From assembly GCA_024626585.2 (NCBI GenBank), contig JANKJI020000002.1, positions 239,752,776-239,772,022 of the forward strand: a stretch of DNA of 19,247 nt, written 5' to 3'. Numbering within the stretch: position 1 is the first letter of the stretch; every line of letters begins with the position of its first letter. Positions 1 to 10,984 of the stretch are shown one piece after another. A program made the position numbers and the translations under genes. A model generated the notes under the pieces. That model was given only the letters and a program-made list of their open reading frames with translations. It had not been told where the DNA came from and did not search any database. The DNA comes from Ginkgo biloba. Taxonomy: Eukaryota > Plantae > Ginkgophyta.

Positions 1-229
1 AATCGTGGTTGCCCTTGTGCGAATATCTAGTTGTTTCCCCTGCAGTTCGCTTAACAGGGTTTGCTAGATTGGCCAGGTCCAAATCTACTGCAAACAACAA
101 GCAGGACAGAACTCCGATGAATACAAGCAGGAAACAAGCTGCTTACAACACTCTGGAGGTCATTTCTGGCATGGAAACTGCTAATAGGTGGAGTTTAACC
201 CTTTCTTACCACCCTCCCATGAAGCACAA

Positions 230-330
230 CCCAGGGGACAGACCGAGTACTAAAAAAACCCGTATGATGTTGCAGCCCAGAGGGACAACACCCCACTACT
301 TAAAAACCCTCGTATGATGTTACAGCCCAG
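230..330. repeat. Imperfect ~50-bp tandem duplication (about 2 copies)
   Basis: tactaaaaaaacccgtatgatgttgcagcccag (248-280) vs tacttaaaaaccctcgtatgatgttacagcccag (297-330). The preceding segments cccaggggaca (230-240) and cccagagggaca (276-287) also match. Confidence 0.8.
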
Positions 331-1289
331 CAAGCTGGTGCAAATTGAACCTTGAAAAGTGAGCCAAAGCCAACCATGAAAGGCATATCAAATTTAGCCT
401 TGAAAGGCGTGCATTTATTTGGCTTAGGCAACCCCCAACACATCATTCTATTAGTTCTTTGTAAGGCAAATCCCTCTACTAGCTATTTTCTACATTCTGG
501 CTTGAAGACTTCACCCTAGAAGTCATTGTTTTTCTATTACTGCTACTTTCGATATAGCCAAAGCTGGGCTATTGTCATGATAACGATTTTTCAATGACAA
601 TTTCTTTGAACAAGTGATTAGATCTCTTCTTCAGGGTAAAGCGAGTTCATTGCAGGTCTTAGATTGAGGTTCTACCTGAGAATTTGGCCCAAGGAACCTC
701 CAAGAGAAGTCGTAGCTCTTCTTAATACCCAACAACTGGCTTATGCAGGCTTAATTCGCTCTATTTGACCCCTTAAAGCAAGTTGTAGTCCTTGGAGTGG
801 GTAGACTGAGACGTTTTTATCCTCAGATGGGTTTGGGATCATCAACTATTCAGGTTGAACTGGTAAATTGATATAAATTGCAAGTACATTCTGAAACCCT
901 AGTTTTTTGTAGAATTTTTGCATGTTGCTGAAATTCGGGCTGCCATAAATTATGTAAGGAGAAATTAGTCCGAGTTCTAAATTTTTCAGTTATATACACT
1001 AATATGAAGCCCGAAAACCCTAAGAATGTAGAAACGACTTATTTGCACTAGGACGCTCTCTATTGTAAAGCAAATTTAAAATGTTTATGGCTGCAAATGA
1101 TTTCTATGGATAATTAGGGTTTAAGTATTTATTATCTCCCTTATTATGTAGGTTCATTGATTGCACAAACCTAAAGACTAGTCTAAGGGNNNNNNNNNNN
1201 NNNNNNNNNNNNNNNNNNNNNNNNNNNNNNNNNNNNNNNNNNNNNNNNNNNNNNNNNNNNNNNNNNNNNNNNNNNNNNNNNNNNNNNNN

Positions 1290-2045
1290 GACTTCAGATA
1301 AGAAGGCAATGCATTTTGAAGATTTTAGAACTCAAAAGATCAATATTGGCAAAAAAGCAAAGCCTCGTCATATCACCATGGGGGATTATCAGGACATTCC
1401 TACCGTTACTCAAGCCATCGCTATATTCCAAGAGTATTGGGACGTATTTCATGGTCATATAAAGATCTAAAAGGGATTCCCTCGAAACTCAGTCAACATC
1501 ATATTGAGTTGGTAGAAGGTGCTAAGCTTAAACAACAAAGGCTAAATAGAATGAACCCTAGATATAAAGAGTAAGTAAAAGTTGAAATTGACAAGATGCT
1601 CAAGGCAAGTTATATATATGAGGTGAACAATAGTGAATGGTTAAGTCCAATTGTTATTGTAAGGAAGAAGAATGGGTAAATTCAAGTATGCCCTGACTAT
1701 CGTGAACTAAATAAAGTGACAAAGAAAAATCCCTTTCCCTTACCTTTTATAGAGGATGTGCTCAAACGAGTTGTAGGACACGAGTTGTATTCTTTTACAG
1801 ATGGTTTTAGCGGCTATAATCAACGTACCATTGCCCCTAAAGATTAGTTGAAGATAACATTTGTTACCGAGTGGGGAACTTATGCCTAAAAAGTGATGCC
1901 TTTCAGATTGACGAATTCACCAACCACATTCCAATGAATAATTCTTAACATATTAAAAAAGATGATTGGCAATAATGTTGAATTCTTCCTAGATGATTGG
2001 ACATTTTACTCCCTACTCAGTAACCATTTAACAAACTTACAAACA
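1290..2045 (+). mobile_element. Degenerate Ty3/gypsy LTR-retrotransposon pol fragment (pre-RT linker plus reverse transcriptase; non-chromovirus, Athila/Tat-like)
   Basis: Manual translation: TQKINIGKKAKPRHITMGDY...FQEYWDVF[1-nt frameshift ~1450]WSYKDLKGIPSKLSQHHIEL...MNPRYKE*VKVEIDKML...SEWLSPIVIVRKKNG*IQVCPDYRELNKVTKKNPFPLPFIEDVL...DGFSGYNQ (1800-1823)...FVTEWGTYA*KVMPFRLTNSPTTFQ*...FFLDDW (DD at 1992-1997). There are five in-frame stops between 1551 and 1997. The motifs are diagnostic of gypsy RT; the lineage call is inference. Confidence 0.92.
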
Positions 2046-2483
2046 AATGTTACAATGTAAAAGTCCACAGTCGATGAGTGACTAAAGAAACCAAAGAAGC
2101 TAGAGAATAGGCCCACATGGATAAATTAAAGATCAAGTTTATTGCATATTTCTACAATGATGGGTAGTTATTTATCCATATATGATGATGCTTACAATCA
2201 TATTATTAACATTTTTAAGAAGGAAATACCCTAGGGATGGAAGGGATTATTCCCAAATTGGGAACTTGGATTATCAAGTATAATAGGGAGTAGACAGTTA
2301 TTTGATGCTAAGTTGCGAGCAGTAGGAGCCACCAATAAAGCTTTGGATATGCAGGAGAAACTTAAGAAAACACAAGCAACACTGCAGGAATCAGGCAAAG
2401 AATTGATATTCACCAAAAATAAGTTCGAAATACTTGAGTGAATTCTAGAGAAAAGTAATATTCCTGTACCCAAATTTGACTAG
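2046..2483 (+). pseudogene. Decayed non-RT coding remnant with coiled-coil character, joined in frame to the gypsy RT; possibly an extra 3' ORF of the element
   Basis: In the same frame as the RT: ...YDDAYNHIINIFKKEIP*GWKGLFPNWELGLSSIIGSRQLFDAKLRAVGATNKALDMQEKLKKTQATLQESGKELIFTKNKFEILE*ILEKSNIPVPKFD*. Stops at 2058, 2079, 2127, 2232, 2439 and 2481. No RNase H or integrase motifs are recognisable. Confidence 0.4.
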
Positions 2484-2599
2484 CTTATTAGAATATTACT
2501 GTTTACTTTATATTTAATCATTGTACTTTATGCTCACTTAATGAGCTCAATATATTTGTGTACCTAATGTACCTAAGTCTTAATGACTTAATATGTGGA

Positions 2600-3046
2600 G
2601 GGTCATGTGCTTTCACCCCTTTTGTACATGTAGAACACTTCTTACTCATGCAAGGGTGTACTTAGAACATAAATATGCACTATGTGCATTGTATTCTCTT
2701 GTAGTGAGATTGTAGCACACTTTTGCTTAATGCAATTATTCTTTAGAGTGGTAGACGAATTCTACCCTCAATATTCCTGTGATTATTATGTGCATGCTAT
2801 GAGTTCATCTTATCATTTTAATGTGTGCTCTTTTTCCTTCTTTTAATAATAGAGCTAATCTGTGTTTATTCACAAAGCTTTTGCTTTGAAATACGCAATA
2901 TATCAATGAATAAAATACTTGCATTGAAGCTCTTTTCCAGGGTATAATGCATAGGTTCAATTTTACTTCTGCAGCGTGAGTAGAAAAGCTTAGTAATAAA
3001 AAACTTGGGACATTGTTTGTAATGGAACTAATTCAGGGGTATTACA
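2600..3046 (+). mobile_element. Candidate 3' LTR remnant of the gypsy element
   Basis: Ends in ggggtattaca (3036-3046), a typical plant gypsy LTR terminus (reverse complement TGTAATACCCC). A weak purine run, gtggaggg (~2595-2602), shortly precedes TGT at 2606. No second LTR copy or TSD was confirmed, and the left boundary is a guess. Confidence 0.3.
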
Positions 3047-4364
3047 TCATTACGCAAATTCTGCCAATTGTTCTTTAAGCGTTAAGACTAACTCTTTTTA
3101 ACTATCTAGCCAAGCACTTTAGCCAAGAAAAAAAATCAAATGTGACATCTCAAGCGATAAAGTTATTAAACTGAAACTACTGGTGTGAAAGGATACAAAC
3201 TCAATTTTTGTACCAAGGAGAAGGATATTGTTGGAAATGAATAGTTCTATATGGTTAAGGAAACACATATTTAGTTGATAGTTGTACCAATACACTCATC
3301 CCAGAAGAAGCAACCTTGCTTAATGTTTAATTTAACTCTTTGAAAGGTATTCATAATGAGCCAGCTGTCTTTTATCTACTTCATGGACAAAGGAACAATC
3401 CGGTTTTGCAAGAAGAAAACACATTAGCCATTGGTATTGACATAAGAATAGGGTTAGATTAACCAAACAGAGACATAAATGTACTGTTAAGATAAATAAT
3501 TATTATAGAATACTCCTTAAGAGGAGGAACTTTTGATGATTGCTACTCAAATAATTGAGTAAACGCACACCATGATACAACTAGAAGTGCAAGAGATATT
3601 AGATGACAAAGTGATGAACCTAATGGTTTGCACTCTATTAAAGAGGAAGGATCATATTAGTCTTGATGACAAGGAACCTTCCAGGTTGAAGATGATAATA
3701 GCTAGTCTTCAAAAAGGAATTTTGAAGAAAAAGAAATAATAATTGTCAGCTAAAGATTTAAAATTTTATTAGGTGGAATTTCACCCCAAGATGATGACTC
3801 ATTCAAGCATGAAAAACATGAATGAAGGAGTCTAAAAAATAGTCAACATAAAAATAGACCAACTAAAAGATAGGGATAATGGAATTGAAGGGAAGATTAA
3901 CTAAATACTAAACATCTCTAAAATTTAGGCTATATAGTAGAGAAGAGTTTAGATGAGAAGATGCAAGCAAACCTTGCCAAACTGAATAAGATGAAACAAA
4001 TCTAAAAAGTTGATACTCCAAAACTAGAGACTATCAAGAATACATATATAGTCAAAGGTGTATGGTGTGATGTTGGATAAATAATTATTGAACAACAATT
4101 GAAGTAGATANNNNNNNNNNNNNNNNNNNNNNNNNNNNNNNNNNNNNNNNNNNNNNNNNNNNNNNNNNNNNNNNNNNNNNNNNNNNNNNNNNNNNNNNNN
4201 NNNNNNNNNNCAAAAAGGCTAAACCAGTGATTCTTTGATTCCATATTGAATTATGAAAGGAACTCTGTACTATGATACCAGTAGTTTGTATCATCAATAA
4301 AGAGAATGATAATTAACATGTTCGAATTTGCAAAAACACAGAATTACTAAAGAACATGTCTGAC

Positions 4365-4567
4365 CTGTCAACAAAATAGTCTGAATCTAGCGACATCCTA
4401 TTCAACCGTGTCATGCTCTGCTCCAAAGCACGGCGTAGCCTTGAAATTTCCTCTTCCAACCTTTGAGTTATTTGTTGGCTCTCTAACAGTCTCCTCTCTG
4501 CCTGCGCAAGCTTATCTAACACTTCATCTTTCTCTTTATTCTTCATCGCAATGCTATGGTTTGCATT
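4365..4567 (-). CDS. GC4: Internal exon of Golgin candidate 3/4 (GC3/GC4-type coiled-coil golgin, just upstream of the GRAB domain)
   Basis: Seen: the minus strand reads tgcag|AAT GCA AAC...TTT GTT GAC AG|gtcaga, with acceptor AG at 4569-4568 and donor GT at 4364-4363. The 203-nt exon encodes NANHSIAMKNKEKDEVLDKLAQAERRLLESQQITQRLEEEISRLRRALEQSMTRLNRMSLDSDYFVDR. Recalled family knowledge: LEQSMTRLNRMSxDSDxxVDR is the conserved GC3/GC4 segment preceding RIVIKLLVTYF. The ORF-track Met and the SDMFF... tail are intronic. GC3 and GC4 cannot be told apart from this exon. Confidence 0.9.
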
Positions 4568-5465
4568 CTGCATTTCAGATAATGCATTAATGTTTCATAT
4601 TCTTCATGAGATAGTAATAAGACTTTCCAAAAGAATCCTAACCCCAAGATATTCTCCTCAGCTTTAAAATGGTTGACAGTTCGACTTTAAACTAGTGTAC
4701 ATGTCAAAAACCCACCTAATCCAAATATACACACAAAGCACAAAAATCATATGCAGCATTATTCAGCATTTCTTTACAAAAAGACACAATCCTGGAAAGT
4801 TCGAGATTCACGTGACACATGGCCTAGTTCCCCAAACGGAATAATCTTCCTAGCAGGAGCAAGGGTTCTATCACAACTCCTTACGACACAGGTGAGCTTT
4901 TAGACAGCTTATGTCTTTGCGACTAGACAAAACCTACTTCATCTATTCACAGACACAGATATGAACAATGAAAAAAGTATTAGCAGAATAATTGCGCAAA
5001 TGGATTCCAGCAAAGATTCCAACATCAGCCAGTGGTATTCAGTTTGGTTGCAACACCAATTTCGTGTAATAAAAAGTCACAACCTTTTCTAAGAAATCAC
5101 AAAGACATTCTTCTACATCACCACCCTGAGTACAAAAAGGAAGCTTGGTTGCGCTAACACAAAGAAGAACATGAATAGGCATGTGATAAGTCCAAGAAAT
5201 TTGGCAATCTTGCACCAACATACCAATCCTTGTTCCAGCTAGTGAATCTTTGAGTTGAATAATAACACAGTGCCTTAATACTTGCCCACACTTCTAACAA
5301 AATGAGAGCTTCTGATGTGAGAAAAAATCCCTTGGAGATATTAACATAAAATTAAAACAGGACATTAATAGCACAAGAATACAAAACCGAATGCCTTACA
5401 TGCCCTCCCCTCTTAATATGTTTTGCCTTTGTTACACAACCTAAACACATCACATCACAGCTCAA

Positions 5466-5493
5466 CTCTCTCTCTCTCTCTCTCTCTCTCTCT
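5466..5493 (+). repeat. (CT)n microsatellite, at least 14 units, truncated by gap
   Basis: Directly visible. It abuts the N-run at 5494 and likely caused the contig break. Confidence 0.95.
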
Positions 5494-6480
5494 NNNNNNN
5501 NNNNNNNNNNNNNNNNNNNNNNNNNNNNNNNNNNNNNNNNNNNNNNNNNNNNNNNNNNNNNNNNNNNNNNNNNNNNNNNNNNNNNNNNNNNNNNNNNNNN
5601 NNNNNNNNNNNNNNNNNNNNNNNNNNNNNNNNNNNNNNNNNNNNNNNNNNNNNNNNNNNNNNNNNNNNNNNNNNNNNNNNNNNNNNNNNNNNNNNNNNNN
5701 NNNNNNNNNNNNNNNNNNNNNNNNNNNNNNNNNNNNNNNNNNNNNNNNNNNNNNNNNNNNNNNNNNNNNNNNNNNNNNNNNNNNNNNNNNNNNNNNNNNN
5801 NNNNNNNNNNNNNNNNNNNNNNNNNNNNNNNNNNNNNNNNNNNNNNNNNNNNNNNNNNNNNNNNNNNNNNNNNNNNNNNNNNNNNNNNNNNNNNNNNNNN
5901 NNNNNNNNNNNNNNNNNNNNNNNNNNNNNNNNNNNNNNNNNNNNNNNNNNNNNNNNNNNNNNNNNNNNNNNNNNNNNNNNNNNNNNNNNNNNNNNNNNNN
6001 NNNNNNNNNNNNNNNNNNNNNNNNNNNNNNNNNNNNNNNNNNNNNNNNNNNNNNNNNNNNNNNNNNNNNNNNNNNNNNNNNNNNNNNNNNNNNNNNNNNN
6101 NNNNNNNNNNNNNNNNNNNNNNNNNNNNNNNNNNNNNNNNNNNNNNNNNNNNNNNNNNNNNNNNNNNNNNNNNNNNNNNNNNNNNNNNNNNNNNNNNNNN
6201 NNNNNNNNNNNNNNNNNNNNNNNNNNNNNNNNNNNNNNNNNNNNNNNNNNNNNNNNNNNNNNNNNNNNNNNNNNNNNNNNNNNNNNNNNNNNNNNNNNNN
6301 NNNNNNNNNNNNNNNNNNNNNNNNNNNNNNNNNNNNNNNNNNNNNNNNNNNNNNNNNNNNNNNNNNNNNNNNNNNNNNNNNNNNNNNNNNNNNNNNNNNN
6401 NNNNNNNNNNNNNNNNNNNNNNNNNNNNNNNNNNNNNNNNNNNNNNNNNNNNNNNNNNNNNNNNNNNNNNNNNNNNNNNN

Positions 6481-7345
6481 TCTTCCACTTAGAAATTGTC
6501 GAATCAACCCAACAGGTTACTGATCTCCTTAGGCACAAGAAATGATTCTTCTTATCCCATAAAATAGTTGAAGTTATTCACTTGTTGAGGAATACGCCGA
6601 AGCTCTTCTGGAGGAATCTCTTACCATGCAAGCCTTCTTTGATCCTGACACTTGGTACACTCATGCTTCCTCCCTCTACCACATTCCCAATCAACCACCT
6701 ATAATAATCCCCAAACGTCACCTACTTTGCATGTTCTTCACTTGAGATAGGGTCCGTAAAGGTATTTACAAGCTCCAAACTAACAAAGCCAAAGATACAA
6801 AGGGCCTATCAAAATTTCCTAAACATTCTTCTAACACAGTTGATTTGCCCATTGTTGACTTGTTAATGATATTGTTTGCTCAAGCTTCCCCCCCATTTGG
6901 ACCTCGAAAATCATACACCCCATATTCAAATCAAGAGATGCATTGGACCTAGGGAACTATTGCATCATCACGATTGACCACATACTAGCCAAGCTCTATT
7001 CCGCGATCTTTGACACTTATATCTTAGAGTTGGTAGACATTGAGGATTTCAGAGCCAAAGGGCAAGCAAGATTCCATCGAGACCACAAGTCTCTTGACCA
7101 CATTTTCACACTTGAAGCCATCATTGAGGAGGCCAAATGTAAGTGTTGGAAAGTGTATTGTTGTTTTGTGGACTTTAGAAAGGCCTTTAATGCAATTCCA
7201 AGACACCTTCTGGAGAGGCTCCATAAACTTGGCATTCTAGAGATTGTCATTGCAGCAATTATTGTTGTATATGAGCAGGTATTGTGTTAGATTTGCAATG
7301 CCCATGGATTTTCCAAAGATATCTTTGTTCAATAGTAATGTTCGC
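6481..7345 (+). mobile_element. Degenerate LINE ORF2 fragment, RTE/RTEX-like reverse transcriptase (N-terminal part)
   Basis: Translation across frameshifts and stops: LLRHKK*FFLSHKIVEVIHLLRNTPKLFWRNL...FFT*DRVRKGIYKLQTNKAKDTKGL...SFPPIWTSKIIHPIFKSRDALDLGNYCII...LAKLY...RAKGQARFHRDHKSLDHIFTLEAIIEEAKCKCWKVYCCFVDFRKAFNAIPR. These match non-LTR RT motifs PIFKxGD..NY, QxGFR..DHIFTL and CFVDFxKAFD. Similarity ends before the GVxQG motif. Confidence 0.88.
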
Positions 7346-10300
7346 CATATGTCACTTGTCATATTAGTTGTACATTACTTGTATTTTCTTTATTCTATAT
7401 ATGGAAAGTTCAATTGTCTAGTTGTTTCCTTTAGCTTTTGCTTTTTCTACTTTGGCAAGCCTACACATGCTATAAAAATGGTTGCCATGAGCTCATTCGG
7501 AGCTCTATATAGTACTATTCATTGTATCATGATGTATCACTCTGTNNNNNNNNNNNNNNNNNNNNNNNNNNNNNNNNNNNNNNNNNNNNNNNNNNNNNNN
7601 NNNNNNNNNNNNNNNNNNNNNNNNNNNNNNNNNNNNNNNNNNNNNTGGTCGCATTGACCATTTTTTGGGCACAAGTGGCCATTACTCTCTCTAACAATCA
7701 ATCAAAAAATTCCATTTGAAGATATTGAAGCTTATACTAGCTTTAAGATTAACAAACAACATCTTCTGACTAAAAAAGGAAGCTAGAAGCATAACCATGC
7801 TCAAAAGATTTGGAACTAGTAGCAACAAGCCTACCCCAAGATCAGAAACAAGCAAGCAAGAGGCTCTGGAGGCTTATGAATTATTAGGACAACTAAACAA
7901 GCAAGTAAGAGGCTATGGAGCCCACATGATACCTAAGAAACTAACGTGAGGCCTAACGGTTAATTGGAAGAGCTTCTAACCCATAAGGAAGCCTTATAGG
8001 TTGGTAAAAATGCTAAAAGGAAGACTAAGGAGGCACTTAAGGAATAAAATTCAGTCTAAGGTTAAGTGGGCCCAATAAATAGTGAAGGGGTATCTTTCTA
8101 AGTCAACAAGACAATCAAGAGACCTCAAGTCTACGTTCATTAGAGAAAAGAGGCACAAAATGCATATATAAAGACGAAGGGGCTTCATTTTTACTAATAT
8201 AGTGCATTCTTATTTTACTAACTTCTTTCAAAAAGTTTTCATTAATTGTGATTTGCAAGATCAAATTCCTCAACAACTTGGTATTCAAGTTGACTTTTGA
8301 ATTCACCTTAGCATTGGCATGCTATGGAGAAGCAACAACTTAGCCTAAAATGTTTAGAACCGGAATCACCCTAACGAAACCATAGTTGCCACTACACAAA
8401 GACCTCATTTTAGAATTTTGCAATAGTTGAGCTCATTTTTTGGCCTATGACTTGGAGCAAAGGTACTTTTTCAACTTCAACCTAGCATATTTAGATTCCC
8501 TTTGCCATGTCAATTTCAAACAAATATAATACTTGACACTTTGAACTTCATATAAAGGTTGGAAGTCACTTTTTGTAAATAGCTTTATTGTTAGAAGCAA
8601 TCCCTAAAGTTTATCTTACAACTAGATAATTCAAGTCAAATCTAATCCTTAAAGATAGTTGCCACCTTTGAATTAGTAGTGGTGGGAAAGCTAAGAAAAC
8701 TAGGTAAAGCGACAAAAATTAGCAAAGAATTAGCTATGGTAGACAACCAAGATTAAGACTANNNNNNNNNNNNNNNNNNNNNNNNNNNNNNNNNNNNNNN
8801 NNNNNNNNNNNNNNNNNNNNNNNNNNNNNNNNNNNNNNNNNNNNNNNNNNNNNNNNNNNNNATTAATATAAATAAAAATTCGTCCCATGGAATGGTGGTA
8901 GTTAAACGGTTGTTGCATGGATTGGATAAGGGTTGGATCCTTATGCATTATGACACAAGGACCTAACCCCATTATTTCATTTCCATCAGAGTTAGATGAC
9001 CTCCAAGCATGACAAGGTAGAGGGATGGAAATGAACTCACAAGGATTGTGAGACTTCACAATGGCTTAGATGGCTTTGTAAGGGATGGATTCTTAAAATC
9101 ACATGCAGGTGGCAAAATCTCAAAACCACAATCAAGAAGGATAGATTTGATAGATACTATAAGCAATGATGCTTGTAAGGGAGAGGGATTCCCTCATAGA
9201 TGATATAGGGCGACATCCTAACTGGAGGCTAGGGGAACATCTAACATATAAGTCCCCAAGAGTCCTACATGATTTGGCCATGCTCGTAAGCCCGATACTT
9301 TCAAGCCATACACCTAGTCGATCCCATCATAGAATAGGGTGTTTTGTTGTATTAATGTTTAAATGAGTGGAAACTTTATATATGTTCTACAAGCAACACT
9401 TGGGGAGCCTGTAACAATAATATTGGAGTCCAATTTTAGTTTTCCATTCTTCTACAAAGATGCCAGTTACACTAGATGTATAACAATCAAAAAATCTTTT
9501 GAAGAGAGAGGTAAAAATGGGCACAATTAAAGAGGGAATTGTCCCAAGAGAAAGAACCTAGTAAGAGATTGCAATTGAAATGTGCCTATACAACGAAGTG
9601 CAAAAAAGAGGCACAGCTAAAAATTAAAAAGGTAAAAATGATTTCTGAAGTAGAAGCAAGTAAATGGAGGGAAAGTATCACGAAGCAACTTAGAAAAGAC
9701 GCAAAGTTGGTAGTAAAAGATAGTCAGGTCAAAAACGAAAAAAGGAAGAAGAAGATGTTTAAGTCCAATGACAACCTCACTCTTGGCCAAAGTAAAGTTG
9801 AAGAGGCTAACTTAGCATGAAGTGAAAGAACCATGGAAAGGGCCCTTGTTTGTGCCAGATGATTGAAGAGAAGCATTAGGCCAATGGGATGAACTAAGGC
9901 AATAGGTTTAATACAAGTTTGGATGACAACCTTAAGGATGAAATAAATGCATCCAAGCAATTGTAGCAAAAGAGGATAAGTGGGGAAAAGGAGGATCAAA
10001 GGGACCAGGAGATCGAACACATCACAACCTNNNNNNNNNNNNNNNNNNNNNNNNNNNNNNNNNNNNNNNNNNNNNNNNNNNNNNNNNNNNNNNNNNNNNN
10101 NNNNNNNNNNNNNNNNNNNNNNNNNNNNNNTTCAGTTAAGTCAATGTCTTAAAAAGAAAAAGTACCTTTTTAGATTAGAGTTTTAGGCCTAGAGTTAGAC
10201 GCTCTTCCTAAGGCATATTTAATGCATGGAGGGCATTGGATTTGTACATGCTTTCATTTATGTTTTTGGAGAAAACTTTTTCTGAGTGTGGCAGCCTCTA

Positions 10301-10984
10301 GGACAACTTTTCTACTATTCATACTTAAAAGTATTTTGAAGTGTTTTGCATAGGAAAGTGTGCACATTAATTACATGTTTTTGCAGTGAATTCTCTATGT
10401 ATTACAGCATGTTTGGAGCAGTTTTCAGATATGATTCAAGGTTGTTTTAGGACTAATATTAGTTGGGTAAATGTCTGATATGATGGATGNNNNNNNNNNN
10501 NNNNNNNNNNNNNNNNNNNNNNNNNNNNNNNNNNNNNNNNNNNNNNNNNNNNNNNNNNNNNNNNNNNNNAATCTGATCAATGGTTGTAATTATGACTATT
10601 TATAGTTGATATACATGGTTTTATGATCAAATTTTGTGTGCTAAGATGCTAAGAGTTAATGGTCTAAGAGTTACTTAGATATGCCAACTTGATTGATGAA
10701 TAAATTTGTGAGATTAGAAAATATTCAAGTCTGAAATTTTCACTGCATGCTTGAATGTTTTCTCTCATGTTTTAGCCGAGATAATGAAATGTTTGAATGA
10801 TTAAGTTACGCTTGAGTTTGTCAAGGTTGAGGTATCATTTGTCGCCTCACATTTCAACAGTTTTCTCATTAAACCCCTGGGGGAAAGACTTTCAAAACAA
10901 AATGGTTGCTTCCCATGTGTTGCTAAATCCCCTAGAAGATAAAAATGAAAACTCCCAACATAATGATAACAACATAAGCATGCA

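Noticed and set aside
9-720. 102-aa ORF (9-317) and a faint minus-strand LINE C-terminal-like peptide (~450-600)
   Set aside because: The ORF has a TTG start and no family motif. The minus-strand resemblance needs several stops repaired.
4269-4280. PBS-Met-like tggtatcatagt on the minus strand
   Set aside because: It mismatches TGGTATCAGAGC, has no adjacent LTR-terminal CA, and lies ~85 nt into the golgin intron.
4820-4875. Possible tRNA-derived SINE A and B boxes (tggcctagtt ... gggttctatcac)
   Set aside because: The B box deviates from GGTTCRANNCC, and there is no cloverleaf, tail or TSD.
5352-6538. Long ORFs (350-378 aa), and similar ones at 11872-13098, 15426-16577 and 17473-18230
   Set aside because: They are made almost entirely of N-runs. 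The RERERE and SLSLSL ends are microsatellite translations.
9539-9820. Lys-rich 93-aa ORF
   Set aside because: It has a non-ATG start, reflects purine skew and has no recognisable domain.
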